Positions 1 to 10,416 of a stretch of 64,000 bases of DNA are shown piece after piece. Position 1 is the first letter of the stretch, and each line of letters begins with the position of its first letter. The position numbers and the translations under genes were made by a program. The DNA comes from Promethearchaeota archaeon (GTDB lineage Archaea; Asgardarchaeota; Lokiarchaeia; Sigyniarchaeales; SOKP01). The notes under the pieces are model-generated. The model searched no databases and was not told where the DNA came from. It worked only from the letters and a program-made list of their open reading frames with translations. The stretch spans positions 128,001 to 192,000 of the forward strand of contig JAUVNS010000001.1 of the NCBI GenBank assembly GCA_030599585.1. Direction: 5' to 3'.

Positions 1-540
1 AACGAGTAATAGATCAATTCTATTTACAGCACGGACTAATTCATACGCCGTTGTTCCAGCTCCAAAAATTACGTGATAATCATCGAAAGGGTGAACGAGT
101 TTATACGAGTATTTTTGAACTAATTCTTCTGCCATTTTTTCTCGATCTCCAGGGTTATTGCCGCATAAAACAACTTCTGCCCCATAACCTTGCGTAGCCT
201 GGATTTTCGAGGGCGTAGCGTTATTAGGCATTACTATAGTAGCTTTCGTTTGTAAAATTTGAGCTACTAATGCTACTGCTTGAGCAAAATTTCCTGAAGA
301 ATGGGCAATAATTCCTTTTTTTCTTTCTAGAGAAGCTAAGTGGCTAATAGAGTTCCAAGCACCTCTGAACTTAAAAGAACCCGTCCGTTGGAAGTTCTCA
401 CACTTAATTACTACTCTCTTAGCGCCTGTTATGGAATCTAATGTCCTACTTGTCATAATAGGGGTCTTTTTTGCTACATCAGAGACAACTCTAGCAGCAT
501 TTTTTATGTTTTTAAAAATCGTTTTCAGCTCCTTGTGTAT
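1..540 (-). CDS. Threonine/serine ammonia-lyase (PLP, fold type II), runs off the window edge; probable non-canonical ATA start
   Basis: Manual translation gives KTP...IKCENFQRTGSFKFRGA (PLP lysine), HSSGNFAQAVA and HPFDDYHVIFGAGT. No ATG/GTG/TTG occurs in frame upstream of the TP motif. Not in the ORF track. Confidence 0.9.
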   Translation of the reverse strand, partial: MHKELKTIFKNIKNAARVVSDVAKKTPIMTSRTLDSITGAKRVVIKCENFQRTGSFKFRGAWNSISHLASLERKKGIIAHSSGNFAQAVALVAQILQTKATIVMPNNATPSKIQATQGYGAEVVLCGNNPGDREKMAEELVQKYSYKLVHPFDDYHVIFGAGTTAYELVRAVNRIDLLLV

Positions 541-944
541 GAAATATGATCTTAATCTATGTATGTTAAAGTTTCTAATACATTTCTTTTTGATGGCATA
601 TAAAATGTGTGTAATCTTAAAAAAAATCTCATATTGATTAAGTTCGAGGGGAAAATTATATATAAAAAAGTAGCTAATACGATTATTATGCCATATGTAG
701 AACTTGATAAAGGATACATTATTTAGAAAAAGCTTTTAGTACATAATCCTTGAATGGAACATGTAGCGGCGTTAGCTCAATGCTTTCGATTTTAAATCTC
801 ATATCTAACATAAGCTTGAATTAAATAAAGGAATTTAACAAGATTTAGATAATAGGTTTTAATTTTTATTCTTTTTTGAAAAAATATAAATTTACATTAT
901 TTAAGAGATAATATAATTTCTTGTTATCTCTACGAAGGTTCTTT

Positions 945-2675
945 TTAAATGTGGTTAAGGCCACAATTAGTACAGAAATTGCTTTGTTTTTTAGAAAGAA
1001 AGCCACAATTGGGACATATCTTATGTGACTTTAAAGCTTTCTTTATTTCTATTACGAGATCGAAAAAATCTCGGGAATACGGATTTAGACGACTCTTGAT
1101 TAAAAAAATAGCTTCATAAAATTTTTTTTGATCAAAATAGATTCTTGCCAAAGAATGTTTGGCTTTGTCGGAATTTATATCAATTTCCAGTGCTTTCTTA
1201 AAGAATTTCATTGCCATTTCGAGATTTTCTTTTCCGTAAAACGCATATCCCATGTACAAGCGTCCTAAAAAGTGTTTAGGAATGAGTTCTAATATTTTAT
1301 TGCAAATAGTAGTAGCTTTGTCATATTCCTTATTCTTAATATAAATATATGCAAGACTCAACTTTATTATATTTGAATAGGGATTAAGTGCTAGAGCCAT
1401 ATTGATTGCTCTTTTTGCCCTATCTAATTCTTTGGCATTCGCATGATATATTCCTAAAAGCTCCCATGCATTTTCATCGGTTCTGTTAAAATTTATCCAC
1501 TTTTCACACAAGTAAATAGCCTTTTGATACCTCCTCCTTCTATTATAAACAATACTTAAAAATTTAAAAGAGTAAATACTCTTTTGGAAACATTTAATTG
1601 CCTTATAATATTGCCCCTTAACTAAGTAAATTTGGCCTATGATTAAGTATATGTAATCATGTCGTACCTTTGGATTAGTACGTTTCAATTTTATTAAAAG
1701 ATTCATTGCCAAATCATAATCACCAGTGCTGATATAAATTAGGATCTTATTAATGATCAAATTATTATGATTTTTGAAACGTACCAAGCCACGTATTGTT
1801 GTATCCATCGCATTTGTAAATTCATACTTTTCAATATAAAGCTTACCTAGCCAAACATATACGCTAGAAGGAATCTTCCTTTTAGCTACAAATTTGAGAG
1901 CTTTATCATAAGATTCCTTAGCTTCTATATATCTTCCCATGCTTGCATGAACAAAACCCCTATTTACATAATATTGGGCTACTTCGGGATGCTTTTTGAC
2001 TAATTTTTCGCTGAGCGTTATTGCTTTATCGAACTTATTCAAATTAATGTACAAAAGAAGAATATAAGAATATATATCCGTTATATATCTATGGGATGGA
2101 TCGATTGTTACTAATTTCTTCAAAAACTTTAATGCTTTTCTATTTTGATTAAGTCTCATGTATGAGTGCGCTAAATAATCTAGTGCATCTACATTTTGAG
2201 AATCTTCTTTCAATATCAGATTAAATATTTCTATAGCCTTCTCGAACTGGATGTTATTAAAAAATTTGATTGCAGACTCTCTTGGATGAGAAATGAATAT
2301 AAGTTTTCTGCAATTTGGGCAATACACATCTTCTCGTGTTAGTTCTTGGTCACAATATATGCAATGCTTCGTTGATATGAGAACCTTCGTAGCCATAATA
2401 TCTCCTGCTTTTCGTAGTTTTTTAAGGAGAAGAAATGCAAAATGTTTATCGAGAAGTTCAAGAGAGTAGTTGTTTTCTGCCCATGCTTGTAAGGCAGAGC
2501 AATGGCCCCAAAAATTAGTTTCTGGAGTAATAAGGGTTGGTTCATGAGTTGCAAGTTCCATTAATTTTAGGTGTTTGCACTGCGTAAACACATCATTTCT
2601 TATGTAAATATTGGTTTTTCCTTCCTCGAGTTTGAGAGTGAGATACTCGTTTACTTTGAATTCAGTCATGATCAA
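945..2675 (-). CDS. TPR-repeat protein with Lokiarchaeia-type N-terminal domain and two zinc ribbons
   Basis: N-term FKVNEYLTLKLE...FWGHCSALQAWAENNY; CIYC..CPNC; many TPR units; C-term CPNC..CTNC. Confidence 0.8.
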   Translation of the reverse strand: MIMTEFKVNEYLTLKLEEGKTNIYIRNDVFTQCKHLKLMELATHEPTLITPETNFWGHCSALQAWAENNYSLELLDKHFAFLLLKKLRKAGDIMATKVLISTKHCIYCDQELTREDVYCPNCRKLIFISHPRESAIKFFNNIQFEKAIEIFNLILKEDSQNVDALDYLAHSYMRLNQNRKALKFLKKLVTIDPSHRYITDIYSYILLLYINLNKFDKAITLSEKLVKKHPEVAQYYVNRGFVHASMGRYIEAKESYDKALKFVAKRKIPSSVYVWLGKLYIEKYEFTNAMDTTIRGLVRFKNHNNLIINKILIYISTGDYDLAMNLLIKLKRTNPKVRHDYIYLIIGQIYLVKGQYYKAIKCFQKSIYSFKFLSIVYNRRRRYQKAIYLCEKWINFNRTDENAWELLGIYHANAKELDRAKRAINMALALNPYSNIIKLSLAYIYIKNKEYDKATTICNKILELIPKHFLGRLYMGYAFYGKENLEMAMKFFKKALEIDINSDKAKHSLARIYFDQKKFYEAIFLIKSRLNPYSRDFFDLVIEIKKALKSHKICPNCGFLSKKQSNFCTNCGLNHI

Positions 2676-2753
2676 AATGGAGTTTGTCTTAATACTATCT
2701 TAGATATAATTCAATAAAAACTTTTAATTATGTTCGAAAAAATTAAATGCGAA

Positions 2754-3449
2754 TTAGATAAAAATAATTTTCTCGAAAAGAAAATAGAAAAAGGATGCGC
2801 TCCCAAGATACAATAGCATTACACCAAAAGCAGCTATAATTAGCATTAAGTATTGTTTATTTTTTGTCTTTTGAAAATAATAAAATGTGCTTAGACCGAG
2901 TATTATTTCAGGTATAATTATGTAGACTGCTAAATGATCGAAAATCAGAGTGACATTTTGAGGATACCACGATTGCAGCATCCACATAGATTGCTCAGAA
3001 AACCCAAAAATCGCCAATGAAATTAATCCTACGGCAATAAGGGTTTTACAGGGAGAATATTTTTCTTGTAGCTTCAAGCCAATGAAACAAATCAAAAATA
3101 AAGGGATAACCCATAATCCTGCCATATACCCCGAAACAGTGCCAATTTTAAAAAGCCCATCATCTGGAAAGACTAATATGTTTAACTGAGCCGATAAGAA
3201 CCAATCTGGCCATATTTGGAATAAACTAATTAAAAACACAAAAACCCATAGTTTTATCCATTCATTATATTTTCGGAACAATCCTACTAATAGAATCAGT
3301 AAATTATAACTAGCTACAAGTATAAACAATTTAATCCCTATAGCGATTGGGATTGGTATTAATAAAACAGCCAAGCACAAACTTATGAAAATAAGATGAA
3401 CTATAATAAAATCCCTAGTCGATTTTTCTGTATTTGCGTTTTTCACCAT
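2754..3449 (-). CDS. Multi-pass membrane protein of unknown function
   Basis: About 7 hydrophobic segments; PDWFLS and MAGLWxIP motifs. Confidence 0.75.
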   Translation of the reverse strand: MVKNANTEKSTRDFIIVHLIFISLCLAVLLIPIPIAIGIKLFILVASYNLLILLVGLFRKYNEWIKLWVFVFLISLFQIWPDWFLSAQLNILVFPDDGLFKIGTVSGYMAGLWVIPLFLICFIGLKLQEKYSPCKTLIAVGLISLAIFGFSEQSMWMLQSWYPQNVTLIFDHLAVYIIIPEIILGLSTFYYFQKTKNKQYLMLIIAAFGVMLLYLGSASFFYFLFEKIIFI

Positions 3450-3526
3450 AATATTACCAATATTAAAGAAATATATATACTTTTAAAATTTTAAACTTTC
3501 AATAAACATAAAAACTTTAAAAAAAA

Positions 3527-4366
3527 GTGGAATTTATGGGAATTGATGTAAAAAAGTTAAGAGAAGACTTCAAAGAGCCTTACGAACTGGTTAACACTTC
3601 TGATGGAATAACATTATTTTTAAGAAAATGGGAAACCCAGAGTCCATCAAATAAGGCTATACTAATTTTTCACGGAATTACCGCTTACAGTGAACCGTAT
3701 GAAATGTTCGCTAATGCAATCTCAAAAACAGGATTTACTGTTGTTGGATTAGATTTAAGAGGTCATGGGTTATCTGACGGTATTAGGGGCGATTATCCGA
3801 GTAAAGAGAGGTTAATAAACGATCTTGTAGAAACCATAGCGTATCTAAAAAAACAATACAGTACGCTATTGCTATTTGGACACAGTCTAGGAGTCCTTAC
3901 CGCTTTTATAACAAAAAAAAATAGTACTGAAAAAATTGATGGGTTAATTTTATTGAGCGCCGGCAAAACTGTTAATCCTGGAGTTTACAAGAGTCCTTCA
4001 GTTCTACAGAAATTAAAAATACTAATTAGTTCGATCTTTCGCCCTAGCAAACCTGTGATAAATTATTATCGAGAGGGTATTTCAGGCTTAGACGATCCGC
4101 TATTCAATTTTAAATATACGTTACGATTTATGAGGCTAGTAAGTTTTCAAGATTTAGACTTTTCAGAAGAAATAGAATGCCCGGTAATTCTTGGTGTTGG
4201 AGAGCACGATGAAATATTCTCTGTAGAATCAGCTCAATCACTGCTTGATGAAATTCCTTCCAATGATAAAAAATTCTTTGTTATGGCTGGTGCTAAGCAT
4301 GCTGTTGAATTTTCTGAAGAAGTTTTCAAAGACATCAAATCTTGGTTGAGTGCTAAATTCTCATGA
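3527..4366 (+). CDS. Alpha/beta hydrolase, lysophospholipase/monoacylglycerol lipase-like
   Basis: FHG, DLRGHGLS, GHSLG nucleophile elbow, GEHD, GAKH. Confidence 0.9.
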   Translation: MEFMGIDVKKLREDFKEPYELVNTSDGITLFLRKWETQSPSNKAILIFHGITAYSEPYEMFANAISKTGFTVVGLDLRGHGLSDGIRGDYPSKERLINDLVETIAYLKKQYSTLLLFGHSLGVLTAFITKKNSTEKIDGLILLSAGKTVNPGVYKSPSVLQKLKILISSIFRPSKPVINYYREGISGLDDPLFNFKYTLRFMRLVSFQDLDFSEEIECPVILGVGEHDEIFSVESAQSLLDEIPSNDKKFFVMAGAKHAVEFSEEVFKDIKSWLSAKFS

Positions 4367-4399
4367 AAAAATTAAAGTAATTGATTAAGGTGTTTTTGT

Positions 4400-5251
4400 A
4401 TGGCAAAGGAAATTAAAAGGATTGGAATTGTTGGAGCTGGTTTTACCGGAAAACAGATAGCAGCTCAAACTGCTTTAAACGATTTTGTTGTGGATGTTTA
4501 TGATATTGACCCAAAAGTTTTAGAAGGCGCTGAAAAATACATAAGCGGTGTTCTAAAACGAAAAAATAAGATGGATTCAATCCAAAAAGTTTCATACTAT
4601 TCAGATCTAGATAAAGCGTTAGAGGATGTTGATCTCGTGGTTGAAGCAGTTCCAGAAAATCTTGAGTTAAAAAAGAAAATTTTTTCCCAGATTGATAGTA
4701 TCGCACCTGTCCACACAATAATAGGGACAAATAGTTCTTCATATCCTGTTTCAAAAATCGAGTCTGCGGTTAAAAGGAAAGATAAAGTTTTAAATTTGCA
4801 TTTTTATCCACCTATTCCTACGCGCCCAATGGTAGACATTATGGCTGGCTCTGAAACAAGCCAAGAAACTTTTGAAAAAGGGAAGCAGTGGATAATAGAT
4901 ATTAAATGTGAACCCCTCGTGGTTAAAAAAGAGTGTTTAGGATTTGTTTTCAATAGAGTCTGGCACGCCGTAAAAAAAGAATGCTTAAAAATTTGGGACG
5001 GAGGATACGCCGATATAGAAACAGTTGATACTGCGTGGAAAATTTTTACAGGGATGAAAATGGGGCCATTTACTATGATGGATGGTATCGGATTAGATGT
5101 TGCTTATGCAGTAGAAATGTCTTATTATGAAGCGAGTGGAGACCCAAATGATAAACCACCTGATGCGCTTAAAGAGCTGGTAGAAAATGGGGATTTGGGT
5201 ATGAAAACGGGAAAAGGATTTTACACTTTTAGAAGAAGAAGAAAGAAATAG
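4400..5251 (+). CDS. 3-hydroxyacyl-CoA dehydrogenase family protein
   Basis: GAGFTG Rossmann motif, EAVPE, TNSS, LHF, GFVFNR, MGPF..D.IGLD, G.KTGKGFY. Confidence 0.9.
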   Translation: MAKEIKRIGIVGAGFTGKQIAAQTALNDFVVDVYDIDPKVLEGAEKYISGVLKRKNKMDSIQKVSYYSDLDKALEDVDLVVEAVPENLELKKKIFSQIDSIAPVHTIIGTNSSSYPVSKIESAVKRKDKVLNLHFYPPIPTRPMVDIMAGSETSQETFEKGKQWIIDIKCEPLVVKKECLGFVFNRVWHAVKKECLKIWDGGYADIETVDTAWKIFTGMKMGPFTMMDGIGLDVAYAVEMSYYEASGDPNDKPPDALKELVENGDLGMKTGKGFYTFRRRRKK

Positions 5252-5265
5252 CTTTTTTTATATTA

Positions 5266-6198
5266 TCAATTTAAAAGTAAAATTAAGATCCAGATAAGAC
5301 CAAAACTAATTATTATCGTAAGATTTACAACCATCGTGACTAATTTTTGGTCGTAACCATTTTCTACAGAAAAGGGGATAACAGCAAGACCCACTGGAAG
5401 GATCAAGGAGAGACAAATAATTATTCTAAATAAATGGTTGAATATGGTTGGTGGCAATAAGAAAAATAAGGTTAACCCTACCAGAAGGCCTATGCCATAT
5501 CTTAATACTAAAACCTTGATTATTGAAATCCATTCCGCTTTTCCAAATTTAAAGTGAAGAAAGACCCCTAACAATAACAACGCTAAAGCTGAATTCGCCC
5601 GTGCTAATATATCTAATAGTTCAGAGAAAAAACTTGGTATTACAAATCCCGAGAAATTAATAATTAAGGCAACAATATAGCTTAATATAGGAGCAGATCT
5701 AACTATTCTCTTTAAAATGTATTTAACATTAATCTTAACAACATTTTCTTGATTTTTTGGAGAATAAATAGTTGACATAATATAACATACTATAAATATC
5801 GTAAAGGCGTTTCCTGCGTCAACGAGAGCGATATATTGCATACCTGGTTGACCCCAAATGCCTTCTACTAAAGGGAAAAAAAAATTCGCTACATTGAACC
5901 CTATCATTGTCATAATCATAGCTCCTTTTATGTTAGAAGGATGTTTTCGAAAAACTAATAACGCAAGAAATGTCATAAAAAAGCCAAAAACTACGCTGAT
6001 TAAAGGTAAAAGAACCAAGGACAGTTCAAATTGAATAGTTGTCGTAACTTGAAGAATTACAGCTGGAAGAGTGATGTTAAAGATAATTTTAGCAATTGTA
6101 TCTCCATCAGTTTCTTTTAAGATGTTTAATTTTTTAACTAAATAACCAATAGCGACAATCGAGATTGATAGTAAAAAAATTACATTTACGTCTGTCAT
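5266..6198 (-). CDS. AEC (auxin efflux carrier/malate permease) family transporter
   Basis: 10 TM in two repeats; IFNITLPA, G.N..F.FPL.EG.WG, LALLLLG. Confidence 0.85.
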   Translation of the reverse strand: MTDVNVIFLLSISIVAIGYLVKKLNILKETDGDTIAKIIFNITLPAVILQVTTTIQFELSLVLLPLISVVFGFFMTFLALLVFRKHPSNIKGAMIMTMIGFNVANFFFPLVEGIWGQPGMQYIALVDAGNAFTIFIVCYIMSTIYSPKNQENVVKINVKYILKRIVRSAPILSYIVALIINFSGFVIPSFFSELLDILARANSALALLLLGVFLHFKFGKAEWISIIKVLVLRYGIGLLVGLTLFFLLPPTIFNHLFRIIICLSLILPVGLAVIPFSVENGYDQKLVTMVVNLTIIISFGLIWILILLLN

Positions 6199-6309
6199 GC
6201 TCGCTTATTTTTGGTCTTGTTTAATTGGTAGTTATAATATTTAAAATAATTAAATAATTATCTAACTTGTTTTAATAATATATAGAATTATTATAATTGC
6301 TGAGGATAA

Positions 6310-7224
6310 ATGAAACCTAACCTATTAACAAACAAAAAAGTTATAATCACCGCTGCTATTACGGGTGGAATTCACGGTAAATGGGCTAATCCATGTTTAC
6401 CATTAACTGCTGAAGAGCAAGCGCAGGACGCTTTAGAATGTTATGAAGCGGGGGCATCTATTGTTCATATCCATGTTCGTGGAGATGATGGTCAAAATAC
6501 TCCTGATTTAAGCTATTACGGTAAAACCGTCAAACAAATTGGGGAAATATGTCCTATGATTAGACAAATAGGAAACGGCATTGGTGCGCAAGTCGTTGAA
6601 CATAAATTCACAACTAAGTCTGGCAAAAGAAGAACTACAACCGAAATTGTCCAACCTTCGTTAGAAGAACGGTTAAATCTTCTCAATATAGATCCTGAAC
6701 CTGAGATGCACACTATTAACGCCGGATCGTTTGAATTTAGAACGCCTTATGGAGGGTCTTTGTTCAAAAACCCGCAAGATTTCAATCGCAAATACATCAA
6801 AAGATGCAATAAAAAAGGTTTTGGCATAGAAATCGAAGTATACGATTCAAGTCACATTACTAATGTGTTAGAATTTGTCGAAACGGGATTGTTAAACCCT
6901 CCCTTACATTTTAGCTTAGTCTTAGGAATTAAAGGGGGCGCTGAAGCTAACCCCGCTAATTTGTTACACATGATTGATCAATTACCAGAAGGTTCAACAT
7001 GGCAAGTTGTAACAGTCGGTAAATTCAATTTACGAACGACTGTAATGGCAATGTGTATGGGAGGAAACGTACGAACTGGTTTAGAAGATACTATTTATTA
7101 TGGAAAAGGCGAGTTAGCTCAGAATAACGCACAATTGGTCAAACGAATGGTTAGAATAGCTAAGGAAATCGGAAGAGAAGTCGCAACAGTCGATGAAGCT
7201 AAGGAAATTTTAGGAATAATGTAA
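6310..7224 (+). CDS. Beta-keto acid cleavage enzyme (BKACE/DUF849, Kce-like)
   Basis: ITAAITG, AGASIVHIHVR Zn motif, EIEVYD, GGNVRTGLED. Confidence 0.92.
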   Translation: MKPNLLTNKKVIITAAITGGIHGKWANPCLPLTAEEQAQDALECYEAGASIVHIHVRGDDGQNTPDLSYYGKTVKQIGEICPMIRQIGNGIGAQVVEHKFTTKSGKRRTTTEIVQPSLEERLNLLNIDPEPEMHTINAGSFEFRTPYGGSLFKNPQDFNRKYIKRCNKKGFGIEIEVYDSSHITNVLEFVETGLLNPPLHFSLVLGIKGGAEANPANLLHMIDQLPEGSTWQVVTVGKFNLRTTVMAMCMGGNVRTGLEDTIYYGKGELAQNNAQLVKRMVRIAKEIGREVATVDEAKEILGIM

Positions 7225-7338
7225 AATGCGTTGGAATTATTCAACGTGACTTATTTTTTAGACATAAAAGTATTTTCACACTAACATTTATTAATTGAAG
7301 TTAGATCACAATATATAGCACTATTGAGAGTGAATTTG

Positions 7339-7779
7339 ATGAGTAGAAAAAAAATAACTTGGTTTGGATTTAACTTAACACAAGCGCAATCTGTATCCTT
7401 ATTTATATTATCAATTGCAGGACTCTTCATTTCAACATTTTTGTTTATGTCAATATTGTATCCGTTACTTATGAACATGATATTTTACGATCCCTATTAT
7501 TACCCTCCAGAAGATGATTATATGATAATGATGCTTTTTAGCATGCTTCCTTATATGTTTGTCTTATGTGGCGTATTTGTAATTAGTCTTTATTCCTTGA
7601 TTCGTTGCAGAAAAATTGCCAAATATTACTCTACTTCAATTGATCCTGTAATAGAACAGAAACCAAAATCTTCTTATACCAAAGTACCACCGAAATCCAT
7701 TGCCCAATTTTGTTCTAACTGTGGAGAAATGAAGAAAGGCTATGAAAAATTTTGTACTAATTGTGGGCACCAAGCATAA
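7339..7779 (+). CDS. Two-TM membrane protein with C-terminal double zinc ribbon
   Basis: Two hydrophobic helices; CSNC..CTNC; ATG at 7339 preferred to the upstream TTG. Confidence 0.7.
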   Translation: MSRKKITWFGFNLTQAQSVSLFILSIAGLFISTFLFMSILYPLLMNMIFYDPYYYPPEDDYMIMMLFSMLPYMFVLCGVFVISLYSLIRCRKIAKYYSTSIDPVIEQKPKSSYTKVPPKSIAQFCSNCGEMKKGYEKFCTNCGHQA

Positions 7780-7823
7780 TATCAAAAAAAATAATAAAAA
7801 AATAAAAATAGGTTACTTTAAGC

Positions 7824-9230
7824 TCAGATTTTTTTCAATTCTTCTCTTATGCGTTCAAGTCTTTCTCCATGTAAACCATAATATTTCATGGCTAGAAGTC
7901 CAATTACAAGTGCGATACTAGGAAAGATAACCATTATAGCTTTCAGACCCAAAATAACTAAACCTGGGTCTGCAGGTAAGGGAATAAATTGTTTGTCCCA
8001 ACCTATATTTCCAAACATTAAGCCAATAGTTAAAATGACTAAGATTATTGAGATTCTATGAATAAATGCGTTAATTCCATAAAAGCTAGCAGATCGTTTA
8101 ACTCCAAATTTAACTGCGTCTTCGTCTATAACATCAGCGTGCAAAATGTCTACGTAAAACAATGCCCCTGACAATGGAAATCCTTGAAGTGCTATAAGAA
8201 GAATAAATGCGATTTGAAACGCTTCTCCAGTTATAAATAGGAATGGAAACAGCGTACAAATCCAAATTCCTAATGTTATCATGAAAGCTTTTCGCATTCC
8301 GTATTTAAAGCCAAGCTTTTTGTGAATTGGCATGACAAGGGCAGCAATGATAAAAGCTAACATTAGCGATATCCCGACTATAAGCGAGCCCCCTCCTGCA
8401 AAAAGAGAACCTCCTATAACGTATTTAGCGTAAATGGGAATAATCATAGGTAAAATGCTAAAACAGTACCAAACCGCAGTATTTGCTACAACGAATTTTA
8501 CAAATGTTTTATTTGTCAATGTAATTTTCATTGATTGAAAAAACGATGGTCTTTTTTCGAAGTCTTCCGCTTTTTCTACTTTTTCTTCAATCCCCTTCAA
8601 AAGAAACGGTATTGAGATTAAAAGCGTAAAAGCTGCTACGACGATCGCCATTATAAAATATTCGTTTTTAGCGACGGGAATTGCGGCGGTTTCTGGAACT
8701 AAATCGGTAATAAATATCATAGGAATAAGTGAGCTTAATATTAAGCCAACTACAGTTAGCGCTTTTATAATTAAATTAGTAGAAGCTCTCTGTTTCATAT
8801 TTGGGAACATTTCTGGGAAAAGAGCGTTCACGTTTACGTCAAACATAGTATAGAAGAACTCAAAGATAACAATCGTTGATAAAAAGTAAATAAACTCTAG
8901 CATTTTATCGCTTGAAGTGAAAGGCACGTAGAACATTAAAACCACCATAATGCATAACGGAATTATCGAAATCAGTAGATAAAACTTTCTCTTTCCCAAC
9001 TTTCCTCTATGCTTCGTCCTTTCTGAGAGTGCTCCGAGCATAGGGTCGTTAATTGCGTTCCATATACCCCATAAAACGTAGGTAATTATCATTAGAGTCA
9101 ATGGAATTTCGATGACTGTAAAATAGAAGGTAAAAATCAAGAATTGAAAGATTTGGTAAGTAAGCTGATCCGGAAATGCACTAAGCCCAAAAAGGAATTT
9201 CTTCTTAAATGTTAATTTCTCTTCACTCAT
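7824..9230 (-). CDS. MFS transporter, glycoside-pentoside-hexuronide (MelB-like) family
   Basis: WNAINDPMLGALSER, ADVIDED...R, about 12 TM. Confidence 0.9.
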   Translation of the reverse strand: MSEEKLTFKKKFLFGLSAFPDQLTYQIFQFLIFTFYFTVIEIPLTLMIITYVLWGIWNAINDPMLGALSERTKHRGKLGKRKFYLLISIIPLCIMVVLMFYVPFTSSDKMLEFIYFLSTIVIFEFFYTMFDVNVNALFPEMFPNMKQRASTNLIIKALTVVGLILSSLIPMIFITDLVPETAAIPVAKNEYFIMAIVVAAFTLLISIPFLLKGIEEKVEKAEDFEKRPSFFQSMKITLTNKTFVKFVVANTAVWYCFSILPMIIPIYAKYVIGGSLFAGGGSLIVGISLMLAFIIAALVMPIHKKLGFKYGMRKAFMITLGIWICTLFPFLFITGEAFQIAFILLIALQGFPLSGALFYVDILHADVIDEDAVKFGVKRSASFYGINAFIHRISIILVILTIGLMFGNIGWDKQFIPLPADPGLVILGLKAIMVIFPSIALVIGLLAMKYYGLHGERLERIREELKKI

Positions 9231-9537
9231 TTTTAATACCTAAATTCTAATTAAATTTTAATTGAGTTTGATTACATTATATTTTATTTAAAATTATGCT
9301 TAATTAAAGTCAAAGAGGAGTTCTTAAAAGGTTAACTCAGAAATTCTATTCCAATGATGTTCAATCGCATCATTTCTTACATCTAAGTTTAATTAGATTT
9401 AATTTGGTTAAAAACTACAAACAATCAATATCAAATGCTGTTTTATAATAAATGAAACAAATATTTTAAAACATGGAATTTATATTTTTTAATATTACAT
9501 ATTAAAAAACTAATTTAATAAATAGAGAAGAAAAACG

Positions 9538-10335
9538 ATGAAAATTGTTGATATTGAAGGTGTAGGAGAAAAATATGCAAAGACACTTGGAAAAGCTACG
9601 ATTGCAAATGTAGAAGACTTGATACCGTTGAAATGGAGTGAAATTAAAGAACTTGCTAATACAACTAGTATTTCTTTAAAATTACTCGAAAAATGGCAAG
9701 ATCAAGCAGAATTAATGGTAATTAAAGGTGTAGGTCCTGAATATTCAGAAGTTCTAAATAAAATTGGTATTGATTCTACAAGAGAACTTGCTTATCGAAA
9801 TCCTAAGAATACATTAGATAGCATTGTTAAGTTTGATAAGGAGCAACCTGATGTTATTAGAAAAATACCAAGAGTTGAAGATATTGAGGATTGGATTAAC
9901 AAGGCAAAAGAACTGAATAATGTGAAGAAAACTAAAACAATACCTAAGGAAACCCCGATTATTGAGATCGAGGGAATCGGTAAAAAATATGGAAAAACTA
10001 TGGAAACTGCAGGATATCTCGACGTTGAAAGTTTAATAGGATTAGATAGAGATGCAATCAAAAAACTAGCCGAGAAAACAAAGATTTCAGAAAAATTACT
10101 CGATAAGTGGGCAGAACACGCTGATTTAATGAGAATTGACGGTGTAGGTCCAGAATATGCTGAAGTAATTAATGAAATTGGAATTGATTCAGTTAAAGAA
10201 TTTGCTCAACGTAATCCGAGTAATACTCTAGAACGCATAGCGAAATTAGATAAAGAGAAACCTGACATGTTTAGAAAACCTCCAACTTTAGGTATGATTG
10301 AAGATTGGATTGAGCAAGCTAAAAAAATTAAATAA
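9538..10335 (+). CDS. Tandem DUF4332-like (helix-hairpin-helix) domain protein
   Basis: Two ~130-aa repeats: I..IEG.G..Y...L.KW...A.LM.I.GVGPEY.E....GIDS..E.A.RNP. Confidence 0.85.
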   Translation: MKIVDIEGVGEKYAKTLGKATIANVEDLIPLKWSEIKELANTTSISLKLLEKWQDQAELMVIKGVGPEYSEVLNKIGIDSTRELAYRNPKNTLDSIVKFDKEQPDVIRKIPRVEDIEDWINKAKELNNVKKTKTIPKETPIIEIEGIGKKYGKTMETAGYLDVESLIGLDRDAIKKLAEKTKISEKLLDKWAEHADLMRIDGVGPEYAEVINEIGIDSVKEFAQRNPSNTLERIAKLDKEKPDMFRKPPTLGMIEDWIEQAKKIK

Positions 10336-10416
10336 CTATTTCTATAATACATTTTTCTTTTTTTTATATAAAACATATTTGTTTCTATAAGCTAAATAAA
10401 GGAGTTTACTTAAAAA

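Noticed and set aside
431-637. 68-aa plus-strand ORF and the other short antisense or overlapping ORFs in the track (e.g. 4443-4754, 24688-25047, 47982-48350, 51118-51516, 53723-54019)
   Set aside because: They are shadows of well-supported genes on the opposite strand or in another frame, with no motifs
688-830. Possible alpha/beta-hydrolase remnant (MPYVELDKG..., AFDFKSH)
   Set aside because: Too short and interrupted by stops to support
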